From the IMG/VR virus record IMGVR_UViG_3300048927_000308, positions 1 through 64,000 of that record: a stretch of 64,000 bases of DNA. One strand, written 5' to 3'. The DNA comes from a virus. Of the stretch, positions 47,707 to 58,428 are shown one piece after another. The position numbers and the translations under genes are program-made. The notes beneath the pieces are model-generated. The model did no database searches. It saw nothing but the letters and a program-made list of their open reading frames with translations, and had not been told where the DNA came from. The stretch's first letter is position 1. Each line of letters starts with the position of its first letter.

Positions 47707-49191
47707 TTACTCATTAAGCCATGCAAGTGCGTCATCAACCTGCTGCTCATCCTCGATGCTGAGCACTTCATTCTGTGGAACATAGTTTGCCAGCATACCA
47801 AAGCAGTAGGTGTCCCAATGGTCAGGTGAGTGCAGATTCAGTTTCTTTTTCATGTCCTCTTTGGACATCACTTTCCACTGACCGGCCGAGTTAATTCCAA
47901 CCGGTATCTTTGATGCCTCGTCAACGGTCGCGTCGCCTTTATCTAGGCGCATGCGGCCAGACTTCACAGCTTCTGCTGCCATCACATTAGCGTACGCGCG
48001 CTGATCAAAGTACAGGCTACGGTCTTCGCGGCTGTGCATCTTCTTACCCCAGCGGATGCGCTGCGCGGTGATTCCGTAATTGTCATACAACAGGTCGGCA
48101 GTGGATTTACCCAGGCCATCGCCATCGATCACGATAGAGATATTCGGGAAGCGCTCCGGGTTACATTCTGCGAAGATTTTCGCGGCCAGCTGCGTCTCGG
48201 TAACGTCCGTATACGCCAGCATGCGATAACCGATGATCCGGCGCTTATTGCGCTCACCTGATACCATCATGATGTTAATCACCGATTTATCGCGGCCTGT
48301 GCCACCAGCAACGTCCACGCACGCCACCCAGCCCCAGCCCTTCGCTATCTTCACCTTACGCCGTGTGGCGCGCTCAACCTCATCACGGCCCAGCAGGAAG
48401 CCGTCCTGCGTTTTCGGGAAGAGCCCGCGAACTTTAATCAGGTACATCGGGTTATCGCGGCCGCCGTATTCCGCCAGCTTCATCTTGATAAACTCGGCGG
48501 TAACAAGGGGTGACTCTTCACTATTCAGGATGATCGATGTGTATATGCCGTTCGGGTTGCCTAGACGCTTAGCCAGCTTGTGGTGAGTGTCATAGAAATA
48601 GCCGCTAGGGCGTGTGGGCTGTGACAGCAGCAGGATACGGTTATCCCGGCCGGTAAGCGCACCGGTCATGATGCTGAATGCCTTATCGCTGACGCCGGAG
48701 GCCTCATCAATGATGTAAAGCAGGTGATCAGCGTGTTCGCCGGCGAGCGCTTCCTCGTTCCCCAGGCGGAAGCCCTTCGGAACTACCGTCCAGACGCCTT
48801 TACCAGTGATCTCGAAAAAGGCGGTTTCCGTCAGTACAAAGTAATCAGCAAGCCATGGGAAGCGGCTGGTGGCTGTGGACCAGTTCATCTTGATGTATTT
48901 AAAGATACCGGTCATTACCTGCTGGATCTTGTTCGCAACGATAATCGCACGGGCACCGGGGAACATGATGATGTAAAGCATGATCATGATGGATGTCATA
49001 TCCGATTTGCCGGTACCGTGGCCAGACGATACGGTTGTCTTGCTGCCCGACTGCTGCACCGACTCTATGATCTGGTCCTGCTGCCATGTTGGCGTTTTGC
49101 CAAACAGCACATCAGCGGCGCTTATCCAGTCGTAGCGGTACCGCGCCACCAGCTCACGCCAGCGCGGGTCTGTCACGCAGCTGCGGGCCAT
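47707..49191 (-). CDS. pacB: Terminase large subunit PacB
   Basis: Walker A SGHGTGKS, Walker B IIDEASG, and a DVAG nuclease motif. Confidence 0.95.
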   Translation of the reverse strand: MARSCVTDPRWRELVARYRYDWISAADVLFGKTPTWQQDQIIESVQQSGSKTTVSSGHGTGKSDMTSIMIMLYIIMFPGARAIIVANKIQQVMTGIFKYIKMNWSTATSRFPWLADYFVLTETAFFEITGKGVWTVVPKGFRLGNEEALAGEHADHLLYIIDEASGVSDKAFSIMTGALTGRDNRILLLSQPTRPSGYFYDTHHKLAKRLGNPNGIYTSIILNSEESPLVTAEFIKMKLAEYGGRDNPMYLIKVRGLFPKTQDGFLLGRDEVERATRRKVKIAKGWGWVACVDVAGGTGRDKSVINIMMVSGERNKRRIIGYRMLAYTDVTETQLAAKIFAECNPERFPNISIVIDGDGLGKSTADLLYDNYGITAQRIRWGKKMHSREDRSLYFDQRAYANVMAAEAVKSGRMRLDKGDATVDEASKIPVGINSAGQWKVMSKEDMKKKLNLHSPDHWDTYCFGMLANYVPQNEVLSIEDEQQVDDALAWLNE

Positions 49192-50381
49192 CAGTCATCC
49201 TCCCCGTACAGCTTGCGGGTAACTTCTTCGTCTTCTTCCTCGTCCTCATCCAGATCCTGCGCCAGCCAGACGGCGTTAGAGACGCCTTCCGTGTCAATAT
49301 CGCCATAACCGCCTGTATCCACGATGTCGGCGATTTCGCCCCTGCGCTGTTCAATCCATAGGGCGGAGTCAACGCGGCGGCTGGCGGCCCGCTCACGGGC
49401 TTCACGGTCGAGATCTTCAAGAGATGGCGCACCGGCGGCAGTCTGCTCGGTAGGGTCAGGCTTATCCTGTTTGGGCGTGCGCAGCTCGGCGCGGATCGTC
49501 TCCATCAGCAGAGGCGGCACCTTCCCGCCTTGGGCTTCGATAAATTCTGCGGTTTCCTGTGCGCTCCATCCCAGCTCGCGGCGCCGCTGATAGGCCAGCT
49601 GCACAATGCCGGTATGGCCCATAGCCTGCGCGTGCTTCTCAGCTTCGCGGTTCTCTTTCCGGTAGTTATTGCGGATGCTAAATATGGTGTTAACCAGGCT
49701 GCTGATCTGCGCGGTGCAGCTGTTCAACATACTGGCTATGCGGTATTCAACCGGCGTGTCGTCGTCATCGTCTTTCTCGGTGCGCAGCTCCTGCACCAGC
49801 TCGATACAAACATCACGCGCGTTTTCCAGCATGAGGAGGTGTGAGAGGGTCTTTTCCAGTAGGGCTGTTTCGAGGGCGTCAGCGCCAGAACGGCGGAGCA
49901 TAGCGCGGGCTTCACGCCGGGCCTCATGGTTATCAATCTTGTAATCGGCTGGCTCAAACTCAAACCGTTCGCCGTCATCGTCAATGCGATCACGCTCCAG
50001 GCGAGCTTTGAGTGATCGCTTAGCGCGAGTGATCACCTCATGATCACCCATTCGATCATCCAGTTGGCGCTTTTGGGTAGTGGCTTGCGTCAGTGCGCCA
50101 GCGATAACGCTCGTATCTTTTTGTTTTGCCGCGCTTTTACCAAAAGCCTGATCACGTTTCTTTTGATCACGCTTTTGATCATTTTGAGCTTTCCGGGCAG
50201 GTGATCGCACCGGCTTATTCGGTTTGATGCCGTCGGCACCAGTACCGCTGTCCTTAAATGCGCGCAGATACCGCCGGGCGGTATTGGGGTTAAGATTAAA
50301 TTCTGCTGCATACTGCGCGATGGTATATCCACCATCACGCGCCAGCCGGGCAAAATTCTCTTTGTGTTCGTCCCAGGTCAC
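49191..50381 (-). CDS. pacA: Terminase small subunit PacA
   Basis: [28 protein letters not shown]; contains the pac site. Confidence 0.93.
   Translation of the reverse strand: MTWDEHKENFARLARDGGYTIAQYAAEFNLNPNTARRYLRAFKDSGTGADGIKPNKPVRSPARKAQNDQKRDQKKRDQAFGKSAAKQKDTSVIAGALTQATTQKRQLDDRMGDHEVITRAKRSLKARLERDRIDDDGERFEFEPADYKIDNHEARREARAMLRRSGADALETALLEKTLSHLLMLENARDVCIELVQELRTEKDDDDDTPVEYRIASMLNSCTAQISSLVNTIFSIRNNYRKENREAEKHAQAMGHTGIVQLAYQRRRELGWSAQETAEFIEAQGGKVPPLLMETIRAELRTPKQDKPDPTEQTAAGAPSLEDLDREARERAASRRVDSALWIEQRRGEIADIVDTGGYGDIDTEGVSNAVWLAQDLDEDEEEDEEVTRKLYGEDD
49988..50206. other. pac: pac packaging site
   Basis: Nine GATC sites in two clusters (49988-50057 and 50150-50206) separated by ~92 bp inside pacA, the P1 pac architecture. 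Confidence 0.85.
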
Positions 50382-50492
50382 TCATGCTTCCCTTGCAGTT
50401 AGATCTGACTTTGCGGCGAGGGTAACGCAAGTCACACGTTAAAAAGGCCCGGGGCCGAAGCCCCAGGCCGTTTAAGCAAGTTAATCAGGTGG

Positions 50493-50912
50493 TTAATGAG
50501 GGTAGTTAAGCTGCTGCGTGCGATGCTGGCGCGATATGGTATTGAACAGTTCACGGGCCATCACCCATGGTTTATGTTCACGCTGCTCTTTCTCGTCATA
50601 GGTCATGCGGAGCTCGTCAGTGATGTCGTTTCCATAGCGGCGTGGGGCGCGACTTCTCCGGAAAAACTCTGGATCAAGCGAATAAATGCGGAATTTGCGC
50701 GGACGGCAGTTTTCATCGACATACACTGAAGAGTGCTGTGAGACGGAAATGGACTTCAGGCGAAGATATACGTCGCGGGTATCAATATCGAGGTCGGGGT
50801 ATTCGTTGGCCAGAATGACCGCTAATTCCTTGGCGGAAAGCAACGATTTGGTGCGGATCATGTATTCCGCAATCTCGTACGATGTAATACGTGTGTTTCG
50901 ATTTCGGCTCAT
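50493..50912 (-). CDS. lpa: Late promoter activator Lpa
   Basis: ITSYEIAEYMIRTKSLLSAKEL; upstream of pacA; C1 operator at 51013-51029. Confidence 0.88.
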   Translation of the reverse strand: MSRNRNTRITSYEIAEYMIRTKSLLSAKELAVILANEYPDLDIDTRDVYLRLKSISVSQHSSVYVDENCRPRKFRIYSLDPEFFRRSRAPRRYGNDITDELRMTYDEKEQREHKPWVMARELFNTISRQHRTQQLNYPH

Positions 50913-51012
50913 GTGTTGGCGTCCCTGCCAGTAAAGTAACTTCCTGTCACTTAATGGTTGAGTCGTGCCCGCTCAACCAATGCGCACATAATATCCGACT
51001 TTTGAGAAATAG

Positions 51013-51029
51013 CAATATATTAGAGCAAT
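51013..51029 (-). promoter_or_regulatory. C1 operator upstream of lpa
   Basis: ATTGCTCTAATATATTG. Confidence 0.8.
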
Positions 51030-51030
51030 A

Positions 51031-52074
51031 TTATTTATTTCCCGACGACTGACTTGTGATAGCACCAATTCCCTGCGCGTAATCGAAAAATAAACGCTGG
51101 TGGATAGCCAGCTTCCCATGCTTGCTTTCCCAAGCATCGCGATCGCGGACTATTTCTGCCTGGCATTTTTGGCATAGCGGTACCGCGTAAGTATCGTGCG
51201 CGCACAGACGGCGGTTAAGCACCAAATACGGGCTAATCCGTGCGGTGCCACCAGCTGCACCACAGCCACAACACGGACGAGTAGCCACGAACGACAGATA
51301 ATCCGGCAACTTAAGCGGCTGGAGCTTCGGCTTTTTGAAATAGGCCATCCCCGGATCCGGGTCTACCAATACAGGGCACAATTTTTCACGCAGCGGAGCG
51401 GCCCTCTCTTCCATCATTCGAACATAAGCAATAGCGCGGTCATCGTATGGCTTGATATCGGCCTCTTTCATCGGGCCTGATTGCTCCTCCTCGTCCTTTT
51501 TCTTATTGATTGCGATACGGCAGGCCTCTTCCGGCAGTTCGTTAACCATGTTGCGCATAAATGCCCACCAGCAAAGCTCTTGCATGCTGAGATCACGGCT
51601 CTTAGGTAGGCCCATTTCTGCCCTGGCCTTCTCCAAAATCCAGTTAACACGGTTGCGATATAGCGTGTCTTCCAGCTCAGCAAAGCCTTTCATCAGATAA
51701 TGGTTATCGTGATGCCAGCAGAGGACCACAGCGCTATTATTTCGCTCTGTGTAGGTCACATTATTGTCGCACCAGCTACGATCCAACGCCTGGCAGCATG
51801 CAACCTTCTGACGAAGATGTGCCTTCAGGGAATCGAAGCCCCCTAAGCGCTGGAAAACCTCTTCGCTCATGAAGAATGGCCGCAAAGCTTCGTTGGTGGC
51901 CATAGACTGCTCAGCGTGGATCACGCCGTCTTGCATATGGTCCATTAGCTCACGCGGTATCGGCTCCATCATGAATTTCTGGCCCGACTTAATCAGGCTT
52001 GCAACCTCATGATCTGCTTTGAACGAGGCGAGGCCGAGCTCTTTCTGTACAAAGGGAGTGATAACAGCTTTCAC
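51031..52074 (-). CDS. pdcB: PdcB / DUF968-family protein
   Basis: LCWHHDN, ELCWWA and PCCGCG...VPLC motifs; upstream of lpa. Confidence 0.8.
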   Translation of the reverse strand: MKAVITPFVQKELGLASFKADHEVASLIKSGQKFMMEPIPRELMDHMQDGVIHAEQSMATNEALRPFFMSEEVFQRLGGFDSLKAHLRQKVACCQALDRSWCDNNVTYTERNNSAVVLCWHHDNHYLMKGFAELEDTLYRNRVNWILEKARAEMGLPKSRDLSMQELCWWAFMRNMVNELPEEACRIAINKKKDEEEQSGPMKEADIKPYDDRAIAYVRMMEERAAPLREKLCPVLVDPDPGMAYFKKPKLQPLKLPDYLSFVATRPCCGCGAAGGTARISPYLVLNRRLCAHDTYAVPLCQKCQAEIVRDRDAWESKHGKLAIHQRLFFDYAQGIGAITSQSSGNK

Positions 52075-52085
52075 GGTCTTTACTC

Positions 52086-52346
52086 TTATTCGTTATTAGC
52101 CTGAATGGCTGGTGGCACGGTTTTCCCGTTGCCGGGCTTCCAATTCAGAGCGGGAATGATCACCGCCTCTTTGGGTTTACCGCATTCAGCTGCTGCGTCC
52201 AGCTCGGCATGAGCATCAACGAGCTGTGCAAGGACCAGTTCCACAGCCTCAAAGGCGTTCGTCTCGTCGATACCACGATCGTTAATTTCGTAGCCGTGTT
52301 CGTTCAACAGGTCAATAATGCGGACTAGCTGGTTATTCTTTCCCAT
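52086..52346 (-). CDS. Hypothetical protein
   Basis: GGAG RBS, 86 aa. Confidence 0.6.
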   Translation of the reverse strand: MGKNNQLVRIIDLLNEHGYEINDRGIDETNAFEAVELVLAQLVDAHAELDAAAECGKPKEAVIIPALNWKPGNGKTVPPAIQANNE

Positions 52347-52378
52347 GATTTGCTCCGGAATTGATTTCTGTCATGAGG

Positions 52379-52609
52379 TCAGTTGGTTCGAGTAACACGG
52401 ATGAAATACTGGGGAACTTCATCTTCAACAACCATCATTACCTGCTTTAGTTCTACCTTTCTGCCCATACGCACTGCGCATGATTTCAGGCTGGCTTGTT
52501 CGCGGGCGTATTCCCCTTCTGAATAAGGCACAATCAAAATTGTGTCGCCTACTTCCATTTGCCGGATTGCTTCGGTCCGGGTGGCGTAATTCTTGTAATT
52601 GGTTTTCAC
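52379..52609 (-). CDS. Hypothetical protein
   Basis: GGAGG RBS, GTG start. Confidence 0.6.
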   Translation of the reverse strand: MKTNYKNYATRTEAIRQMEVGDTILIVPYSEGEYAREQASLKSCAVRMGRKVELKQVMMVVEDEVPQYFIRVTRTN

Positions 52610-52624
52610 TCCCCCTCCATGTGT

Positions 52625-53368
52625 CTAATCATTATCGGGCTGGTCAGCTTCATCACACACACGGTCCATGTGCTTCTGTATCCAGTCGGTGAGCTTCAGG
52701 CCTTCCACCTGTGCTTGTCGGACGTAGCGATTTTTGCGATCAGGGGTAACGCGCATCTGTATTTGAGCAGTCGCCGGGCTGGCTTCTTTCAGAGCGTTCA
52801 GGCTACGCGGGTCACGTTGTTCAGGCGCTTTAGTCATGGCATTCTCCGGCATAGAGGCCTTCAGGCCTTTGTCAGTCAAACGCACATTGTAATATTTCGT
52901 GGGCTCTTGACCATTATTAACGGATAAGTCCTCCAGATTTCGCAGATACGCTCCTAGTTGCGCCCGCTGATAGCCAATACCCCCACTCGTTTGTTCGATA
53001 ATCACGTCACTCTTGAGTAAGCCTCGTTCGATACGGCGTTTAATAGCAGCTCGCATCACTCGCTGGTATATTTTGCCACCAGCAAGCAGTATTGAGCGTA
53101 CGCCCGTAGGCCATTCTATTGAGTCGAAGCCAGACAGCGCGGCGATCATTTCATCTGCCCGTGCCTCTGTCATGCGCTGCTCATATGGTTCGATAACACG
53201 GCCCGATTCGATGAAGCCATGTTTTGCCGACAAAATGACAACGGCAGGCCGCGCTGCTGGCACGTTCGCGCGGAATGTCGAATACATCACCCCTTGATAA
53301 AGGGCCATTGCCGGAGCCGCTTGCCTGCCCTTTGTCGCAGAACAGGCCAGGATAATTAAGTTCTTCAT
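52625..53368 (-). CDS. DUF6884/YaaA-like domain in frame with a C-terminal ribbon-helix-helix domain
   Basis: IILACSATK...A..LYQG...ILSAKHG...PYE, then QIQMRVTP.RK..YV..A...GLKLTDW. Internal RBS and ATG at 52837. Confidence 0.65.
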   Translation of the reverse strand: MKNLIILACSATKGRQAAPAMALYQGVMYSTFRANVPAARPAVVILSAKHGFIESGRVIEPYEQRMTEARADEMIAALSGFDSIEWPTGVRSILLAGGKIYQRVMRAAIKRRIERGLLKSDVIIEQTSGGIGYQRAQLGAYLRNLEDLSVNNGQEPTKYYNVRLTDKGLKASMPENAMTKAPEQRDPRSLNALKEASPATAQIQMRVTPDRKNRYVRQAQVEGLKLTDWIQKHMDRVCDEADQPDND

Positions 53369-53375
53369 ATACGCT

Positions 53376-54653
53376 TCAGAACGAGGATTGCAGGCGTTCC
53401 GCATCTGCGGGACCACATTTGTCGTACACCTCGTTGAAGATGTCAGCGCTAAGGCCCAGCACACAATCCATCTCCTGGATTGCCTCCAGCGCATCCAGCG
53501 GCGTGCCGTTGTCTCTCTGTAGGGATACTTCATTCGGCAGCATGAATTTACCGTCAGTGATAGAGACGATAGCAGGCAGACCAACGCGCTCGGCTTCCTC
53601 GCCAGTATCCATCAGCCAATCAAAGGCGATTTGATACAGCCCCTCGCAATCGGTCACGGTCGCAGTGCCATATACCTTGTCGGTTTCACGCTTCGTCACT
53701 TTGATGTCCTTAGCGTCCCACCAGTCCATTTCGAAGATGTTGGAGAGGGTTAGCGTGGCTCTCTTTTCGGGACGCCAGCCAGTGGCTAAGATGTGATTGA
53801 ACTGATCGCGGTACGGCTTGTTGACCTCAATGAAGGTGTAGGTATCGCCGATGTAGCCAAAGCAAAGGTGGTTGCGCAGCCAGACAGTGATCGCGCGGTC
53901 TTTGCAGCGCGCGGCGACGTTTTCATAGTTCGCCTTGATGTCATGATAAGCGGCCTCGGCATCAAACCCCGGCTGCTCGCTCTGCTGCATAAGGCGCGTC
54001 AGGGTGTTTGACATGTGGAGAATGGCAGCGGTTGAGTCTATGGCGTTCAATGCGTCCACCAGCTTCGGATCCGCCGGGGGCAGCTTGCTAACAGCTTCGC
54101 AAAGCTCTTTGATGGTGGTCGGGCCTTCGTTCATCTCCAGGGCGACTGCGTGCGCGGCGTTCAGGATCCGCGTCTTCAGCGCGTCGCTGTGTTTATGCCA
54201 AATGTCCGCCATCTCAGGGGAGGCCAGAAACGGGAGATTCTCTTCAAAAGTAGCATCTTCAATAAGCGCATTGGCATGACAGATTTCTACAGCCACCTCG
54301 CGCTCTATCTCTGTCATTTGCTGCCAAACATCCCGAGCTGCTTCGCCTGGGGCGTAGACATAAAGGGTGTTGTACGCATCATTCATCATGAGCGCTTCAG
54401 CGTGAGCATCAGCCAATGCGGCGTGATACTCGTTAGAAACGGTTTCAAACCAGCCACGGAAACGCTTAGCGATATTGTCACGGGCAGGAGTGAAGCATGA
54501 ATAAACCTGTTCAACCTGTTTATCGCCGTTTTTATCGATGAAGGCGATCAGGCCGATGGCGTCATTCTGAACTGTGTAGAAGGTTGGGCGGAAGCCGTTA
54601 TTAAGAAGAGCTTTAACAGCGAAGAAAAAATCTTTTTTAAGCATTGGTTTCAT
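53376..54653 (-). CDS. Hypothetical protein with repeated HA.AL motifs
   Basis: 425 aa, AAGGA RBS. Confidence 0.75.
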   Translation of the reverse strand: MKPMLKKDFFFAVKALLNNGFRPTFYTVQNDAIGLIAFIDKNGDKQVEQVYSCFTPARDNIAKRFRGWFETVSNEYHAALADAHAEALMMNDAYNTLYVYAPGEAARDVWQQMTEIEREVAVEICHANALIEDATFEENLPFLASPEMADIWHKHSDALKTRILNAAHAVALEMNEGPTTIKELCEAVSKLPPADPKLVDALNAIDSTAAILHMSNTLTRLMQQSEQPGFDAEAAYHDIKANYENVAARCKDRAITVWLRNHLCFGYIGDTYTFIEVNKPYRDQFNHILATGWRPEKRATLTLSNIFEMDWWDAKDIKVTKRETDKVYGTATVTDCEGLYQIAFDWLMDTGEEAERVGLPAIVSITDGKFMLPNEVSLQRDNGTPLDALEAIQEMDCVLGLSADIFNEVYDKCGPADAERLQSSF

Positions 54654-54767
54654 GGGGATGTCCTTAGTTGCCCGGAACCGCCGGGGCGGTGGCGCTAAAT
54701 CTGCGCCATGAGGTTAATTTAATCTCTTCTATTTTGTTTGTCAATACAAACAAAATAACTGAGCATG

Positions 54768-55097
54768 TTAGCTCGCCCGGACCTCGCGCGCCTGGGTCGC
54801 CGGTGTGCGCAAAATGGTAAATGTCACTACGCCTTCCATGCGGATCTCATTGAGTTCTTCCCCGGTAAGGTTCTGCTCATCGTCAGTGACCAAACCGTTG
54901 GTTTTTACTCGGGCAAAGTGGAGTCGGTCAAACAGTGTGATCAACACCAAATCCCCGGGCTTTGCCTTTAATGACCGGTCCAGCACGGCATACCCTGTTG
55001 TTGTTTCAATAACGGCACTGTTTCCGTTTATCTGGCAGATCTTGTCGATGGTTAATCTTGACTCTACATAGTCGGTAGCTGGAGAGGGAAATCCCAT
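54768..55097 (-). CDS. humD: HumD-like (pre-processed UmuD') protein
   Basis: Begins MGFPSPATDY; SOS box upstream. Confidence 0.75.
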   Translation of the reverse strand: MGFPSPATDYVESRLTIDKICQINGNSAVIETTTGYAVLDRSLKAKPGDLVLITLFDRLHFARVKTNGLVTDDEQNLTGEELNEIRMEGVVTFTILRTPATQAREVRAS

Positions 55098-55352
55098 TTA
55101 TCCCTCCAGGCTAAAATCGTCATCCCAATCGGGGAGGGTCGCGACCTTACTGACAGCGAGCAAATAGCCCAAGCCGTTGGATATTGATGTAGGTTGCTCT
55201 AGGCCAAACTCGAAGTAATCAGGCCATGCGCGACCCAGCCAGAAACCACCGCCTACCTCTTTTGCACGCTGTATGAACAACCAACGTCCGGGGGGAATAT
55301 AGTCTCTTTGCTCACCGCGCAATATGACGTCATAGTTGCTGTCTTTACCCAT
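55098..55352 (-). CDS. LexA-regulated hypothetical protein (lxr position)
   Basis: Between the SOS box and humD; GGAGG RBS. Confidence 0.65.
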   Translation of the reverse strand: MGKDSNYDVILRGEQRDYIPPGRWLFIQRAKEVGGGFWLGRAWPDYFEFGLEQPTSISNGLGYLLAVSKVATLPDWDDDFSLEG

Positions 55353-55372
55353 AGATCCTCCCGTAAATAATG

Positions 55373-55388
55373 CTGTATATATATACAG
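55373..55388. promoter_or_regulatory. LexA (SOS) box
   Basis: CTGTATATATATACAG, perfect consensus. Confidence 0.92.
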
Positions 55389-55457
55389 TATTTTGCGGGC
55401 GGCTTTTCGTCAACCGGAGCGGAATATAAAAAAACCCGCACAGGCGGGCTTAGCGTT

Positions 55458-55739
55458 TTAGATCGTGATTTTTATCGCGTACACCTTTACCGGATCCGGG
55501 CCAAAGTGCTTATGTGTGATGGTTTTTATCTCGTAACCCTCATACGGCATCACCAGGCGTCGATCGTTATCATCCTTGCGGGGATAGCCCCGAGTGATGA
55601 TCAGCCGGTCATAATCGCGCCCAATTAGCCTGCGGCTCCAATAAGCATTTACCAGGCGATACTCCTCGGTTTTCTCGCCGCTCTTCATCGCGTCGAAGTA
55701 TTCGCCATTTACGGCCATCTGTAGATCAGCCACCAGCAA
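55458..55739 (-). CDS. ASCH (PUA-like) domain protein
   Basis: YFDAMKSGEKTEEYR motif. Confidence 0.85.
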   Translation of the reverse strand: MLVADLQMAVNGEYFDAMKSGEKTEEYRLVNAYWSRRLIGRDYDRLIITRGYPRKDDNDRRLVMPYEGYEIKTITHKHFGPDPVKVYAIKITI

Positions 55740-56733
55740 CCTCCTCCTGACCTACCGGCGGCACCATATAGCGCCAGTGAGTTGCGTCTTTACACACTGT
55801 TTTGAAGAGCGAAGCGGGCACGAAGCGGTAGCGCATATCGTCATGGTTCGTTGGTGTGAACGCGCATACGCGCTTCTCGCTGGAGGGATCCGGCATCTTT
55901 TCGAAACGAGAGATCCAACTATCCGGAATTTCCGGAATGTTCACCGGCGGCAGCGTCATCGGCGGGACGGTGAATAGCGGAATATCCTTGCCGAAGCCGT
56001 GGGCATTTGGCCACAGATGCGCGTAGGAGTGCCCCTCAACCCCTTCCAGGCTCTCCAGCTCCTCCGTATCGGTATAGGCCACCGGATCGCTGTTAAGGGC
56101 CACAGAAAGCAGCATGCGAGCCATTACTGAGGATTCAAAGGTAACGTCGCTACCTATGTCCTCTTCTGCGATTTCACGCAGGCGCTCAACGTCCATAGTC
56201 TCGCTTGCGAGGATCAGCGGCTTCGGTTCCGGGCTGGTGGCCAGTGCCAGCACCTCGTCAGCCCAATCGCGATCAAAACCTGGCATCGCCGGCAGCGTGG
56301 CTATCACTTCACTCGGCAGCGCGTCGATATATTCCAGCGCGGCGCGGGCAACGGCAGAAGTGTCGGGAACAGACTCGGTGTTCTCAGCCACCAGCGCATA
56401 CTGTAACGTCCTGCTGAGCTGCTCGCGCAGCTGCTGGCAACCAGCATACTTCACGGCTGTGTCACGCAGTTGGTTCACCAGCTCTCGGTAAACGTGCGGC
56501 TTCAGACTGATCCGCTGCTGCATGGCCTCCAGCTTTTTCAAGCGTTGCTTGGCGGCGCGGGCCTTGTCAGCCAGCTCCTCAATGACTGCTGCCACTGCCT
56601 CGTTAAACGTAGCCACAACATGTAGAGTGCCGTCGTTTTGCGGTTCGACGATGGTACCAACGGTACGCTCTGAATCGTCTTCTGCCTTTTCAATACCAAT
56701 GACATAAGCCTCGGTTTGGATGAAGATTGTCAT
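55726..56733 (-). CDS. Modular Ead/Eaa-like protein (DUF551-like C-terminus)
   Basis: WIS...MP ... ATHW C-terminus and an ERLREI module. Confidence 0.65.
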   Translation of the reverse strand: MTIFIQTEAYVIGIEKAEDDSERTVGTIVEPQNDGTLHVVATFNEAVAAVIEELADKARAAKQRLKKLEAMQQRISLKPHVYRELVNQLRDTAVKYAGCQQLREQLSRTLQYALVAENTESVPDTSAVARAALEYIDALPSEVIATLPAMPGFDRDWADEVLALATSPEPKPLILASETMDVERLREIAEEDIGSDVTFESSVMARMLLSVALNSDPVAYTDTEELESLEGVEGHSYAHLWPNAHGFGKDIPLFTVPPMTLPPVNIPEIPDSWISRFEKMPDPSSEKRVCAFTPTNHDDMRYRFVPASLFKTVCKDATHWRYMVPPVGQEEVAGG

Positions 56734-57308
56734 TTCGCCTCCTGCTGCGGTACCAATGCAAAAATATCAACGCCTTTAGCCCAAATAGCCTTGATGGTTG
56801 TCCAACTGACAGGCACCTTAATTTCAATCTGTCCGCTGCCGTCACAGCTTTCGCAGTCCTCATCACCGAAGCACTCAGGGCAGGAGATAATTTTCGTTTC
56901 TGAGAACTCGCCTGCAAGGCTGGCTTTGCCACCGTTTTCGGCGGAAAGAAACCTCGGAACAACAGCCCACCCCTCTGGCAACTTGTAAGGCTGTCTTACT
57001 GGTTCGAGTTGTTCGGAATTACCGAACAACTGACGCGGTGCGGTACGATTCACGATTTCCTCAGGCGCGGCGGGGCTCCATGTGCATTCACACTCTACGG
57101 CCCCGAGCATCTGCCGACAGTGATAAGTGCCATAACCACCCGGCAACTGCACTACCGGCTCAGTCGTCAGCACTGCCAGTGCAATAGCAAACAGCTCGTT
57201 ATCCATCACCAGCCCATCAGCGTCCGGATCCCTGCTGATGCGGTATTTATTGATTGCCGTTACCTGGCTGATGCGGGCGATCAGCTGGTCTTTGGTGAAT
57301 TTTTTCAT
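56730..57308 (-). CDS. Eaa-like protein with CxxC..CxxC zinc finger
   Basis: FTKDQL...IALAVL..EPV and CPEC...CESCDG. Confidence 0.7.
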   Translation of the reverse strand: MKKFTKDQLIARISQVTAINKYRISRDPDADGLVMDNELFAIALAVLTTEPVVQLPGGYGTYHCRQMLGAVECECTWSPAAPEEIVNRTAPRQLFGNSEQLEPVRQPYKLPEGWAVVPRFLSAENGGKASLAGEFSETKIISCPECFGDEDCESCDGSGQIEIKVPVSWTTIKAIWAKGVDIFALVPQQEAK

Positions 57309-57311
57309 CGG

Positions 57312-57515
57312 TTAGTCCTCAACCTTGCTACCGCACAGCGGACAGTACGCGAATTTATTGGCGAAGCCAGGGTGCGGAACGGCGAAGCGCTTTGTCTTCT
57401 CGTTCCAGTCCACGATTACCTTGTCAAAGTCGGCTGCGGCAGCCTGCCATTCCCCAGCGAGAATAGGCTTTGTCCCGATCATGCCTACGGTGCAGTGCTC
57501 GCATTTATCAGTCAT
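57312..57515 (-). CDS. Small zinc-finger protein
   Basis: CEHC...YCPLCG. Confidence 0.65.
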   Translation of the reverse strand: MTDKCEHCTVGMIGTKPILAGEWQAAAADFDKVIVDWNEKTKRFAVPHPGFANKFAYCPLCGSKVED

Positions 57516-57921
57516 TGCGGGCCTCTTGCAGCGTGCGCGTCTGGTAATCATCAAGCAGGATGCGGAAAGCGAGGAGCATCCCGCGCTCCGGCACCTCCTC
57601 GGCATAGAACGCATCCAATGCCTGCATCATCGCCTTCAGGCAAGGGTTTGCTTTAGGTGCCGGAGGGGCGGTGTAGAGAATGCGCGTTTCGACGTCAGGG
57701 CGTTTTGCGAATCCTTCATACTGCTCTTTGGTGCAGTCATCCCAAAGGTCACTATCTACGTAACGCTCGCGCCATTGGTATACAGGTCCAGCCGCTTGCG
57801 CAGCTAGCGCAATACGCGCCAGCCCCTCCGCTTCCTCTGCTGGCAGTACGACATTGCTACCTGGGCCGTATGTTTCGCTCCATGATTGGATTTTCAGTAG
57901 CCGTTCTTTGGTAAACTCCAT
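57508..57921 (-). CDS. Eaa-like protein
   Basis: FTKERL...LARIALAA and LYTAPP. Confidence 0.7.
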   Translation of the reverse strand: MEFTKERLLKIQSWSETYGPGSNVVLPAEEAEGLARIALAAQAAGPVYQWRERYVDSDLWDDCTKEQYEGFAKRPDVETRILYTAPPAPKANPCLKAMMQALDAFYAEEVPERGMLLAFRILLDDYQTRTLQEARND

Positions 57922-57924
57922 TAT

Positions 57925-58155
57925 TTAAACCTCCCACACCTTTCCACAGGACAGGCATACCGCTTTTCCGTCGTCGCAATCCAAATTGACATGCCCGCAC
58001 TTTGCAGGCTCTGCGGTTAGCGCTGCCAGCGCGATTTCAAACAGTGCTGAACACTGGTTTACATGGTTGCGGCCTTCGCCTGTTATCTTCGTGTGGCGGC
58101 AGAATGCAATCTGCTCTCGTGCCTTTGCGATTAACTGCTCTTTGGTGAATTGCAT
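57925..58155 (-). CDS. Eaa-like zinc-finger protein
   Basis: FTKEQL...IALAAL..EP and CLSCG. Confidence 0.65.
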   Translation of the reverse strand: MQFTKEQLIAKAREQIAFCRHTKITGEGRNHVNQCSALFEIALAALTAEPAKCGHVNLDCDDGKAVCLSCGKVWEV

Positions 58156-58427
58156 TAAAACCCCCTCTTGAAGCGCTGGGAATCGGCCACGGTGATTTCT
58201 GTTTTCGATAGTGCCTGCCGTCCGGCTTCGGTCAATTCGACCTTATCTCGGACCGAATTAAGGTAAGCTGTCTTGATGAGCCCCTTTGACTTAAGACGTC
58301 TGGCAACCGCTGTACAAAGAGTGTCGCTATCGTTCCACCAATAACGCTCAAATTTACCCCGCAACATCACTTTTCCTTCCTGGATTGCTCGTAGGGTGTT
58401 GGTCTGATGATCGCTTAACTTTGCCAT
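58155..58427 (-). CDS. Small wHTH-like protein
   Basis: LS..Q..TL...L..KGLI...LTEAG. Confidence 0.65.
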   Translation of the reverse strand: MAKLSDHQTNTLRAIQEGKVMLRGKFERYWWNDSDTLCTAVARRLKSKGLIKTAYLNSVRDKVELTEAGRQALSKTEITVADSQRFKRGF

Positions 58428-58428
58428 A

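Noticed and set aside
53369-53584. N-terminal extension of the 319-aa ORF in the track
   Set aside because: It overlaps the upstream gene's 3' end. The domain starts at the ATG at 53368.
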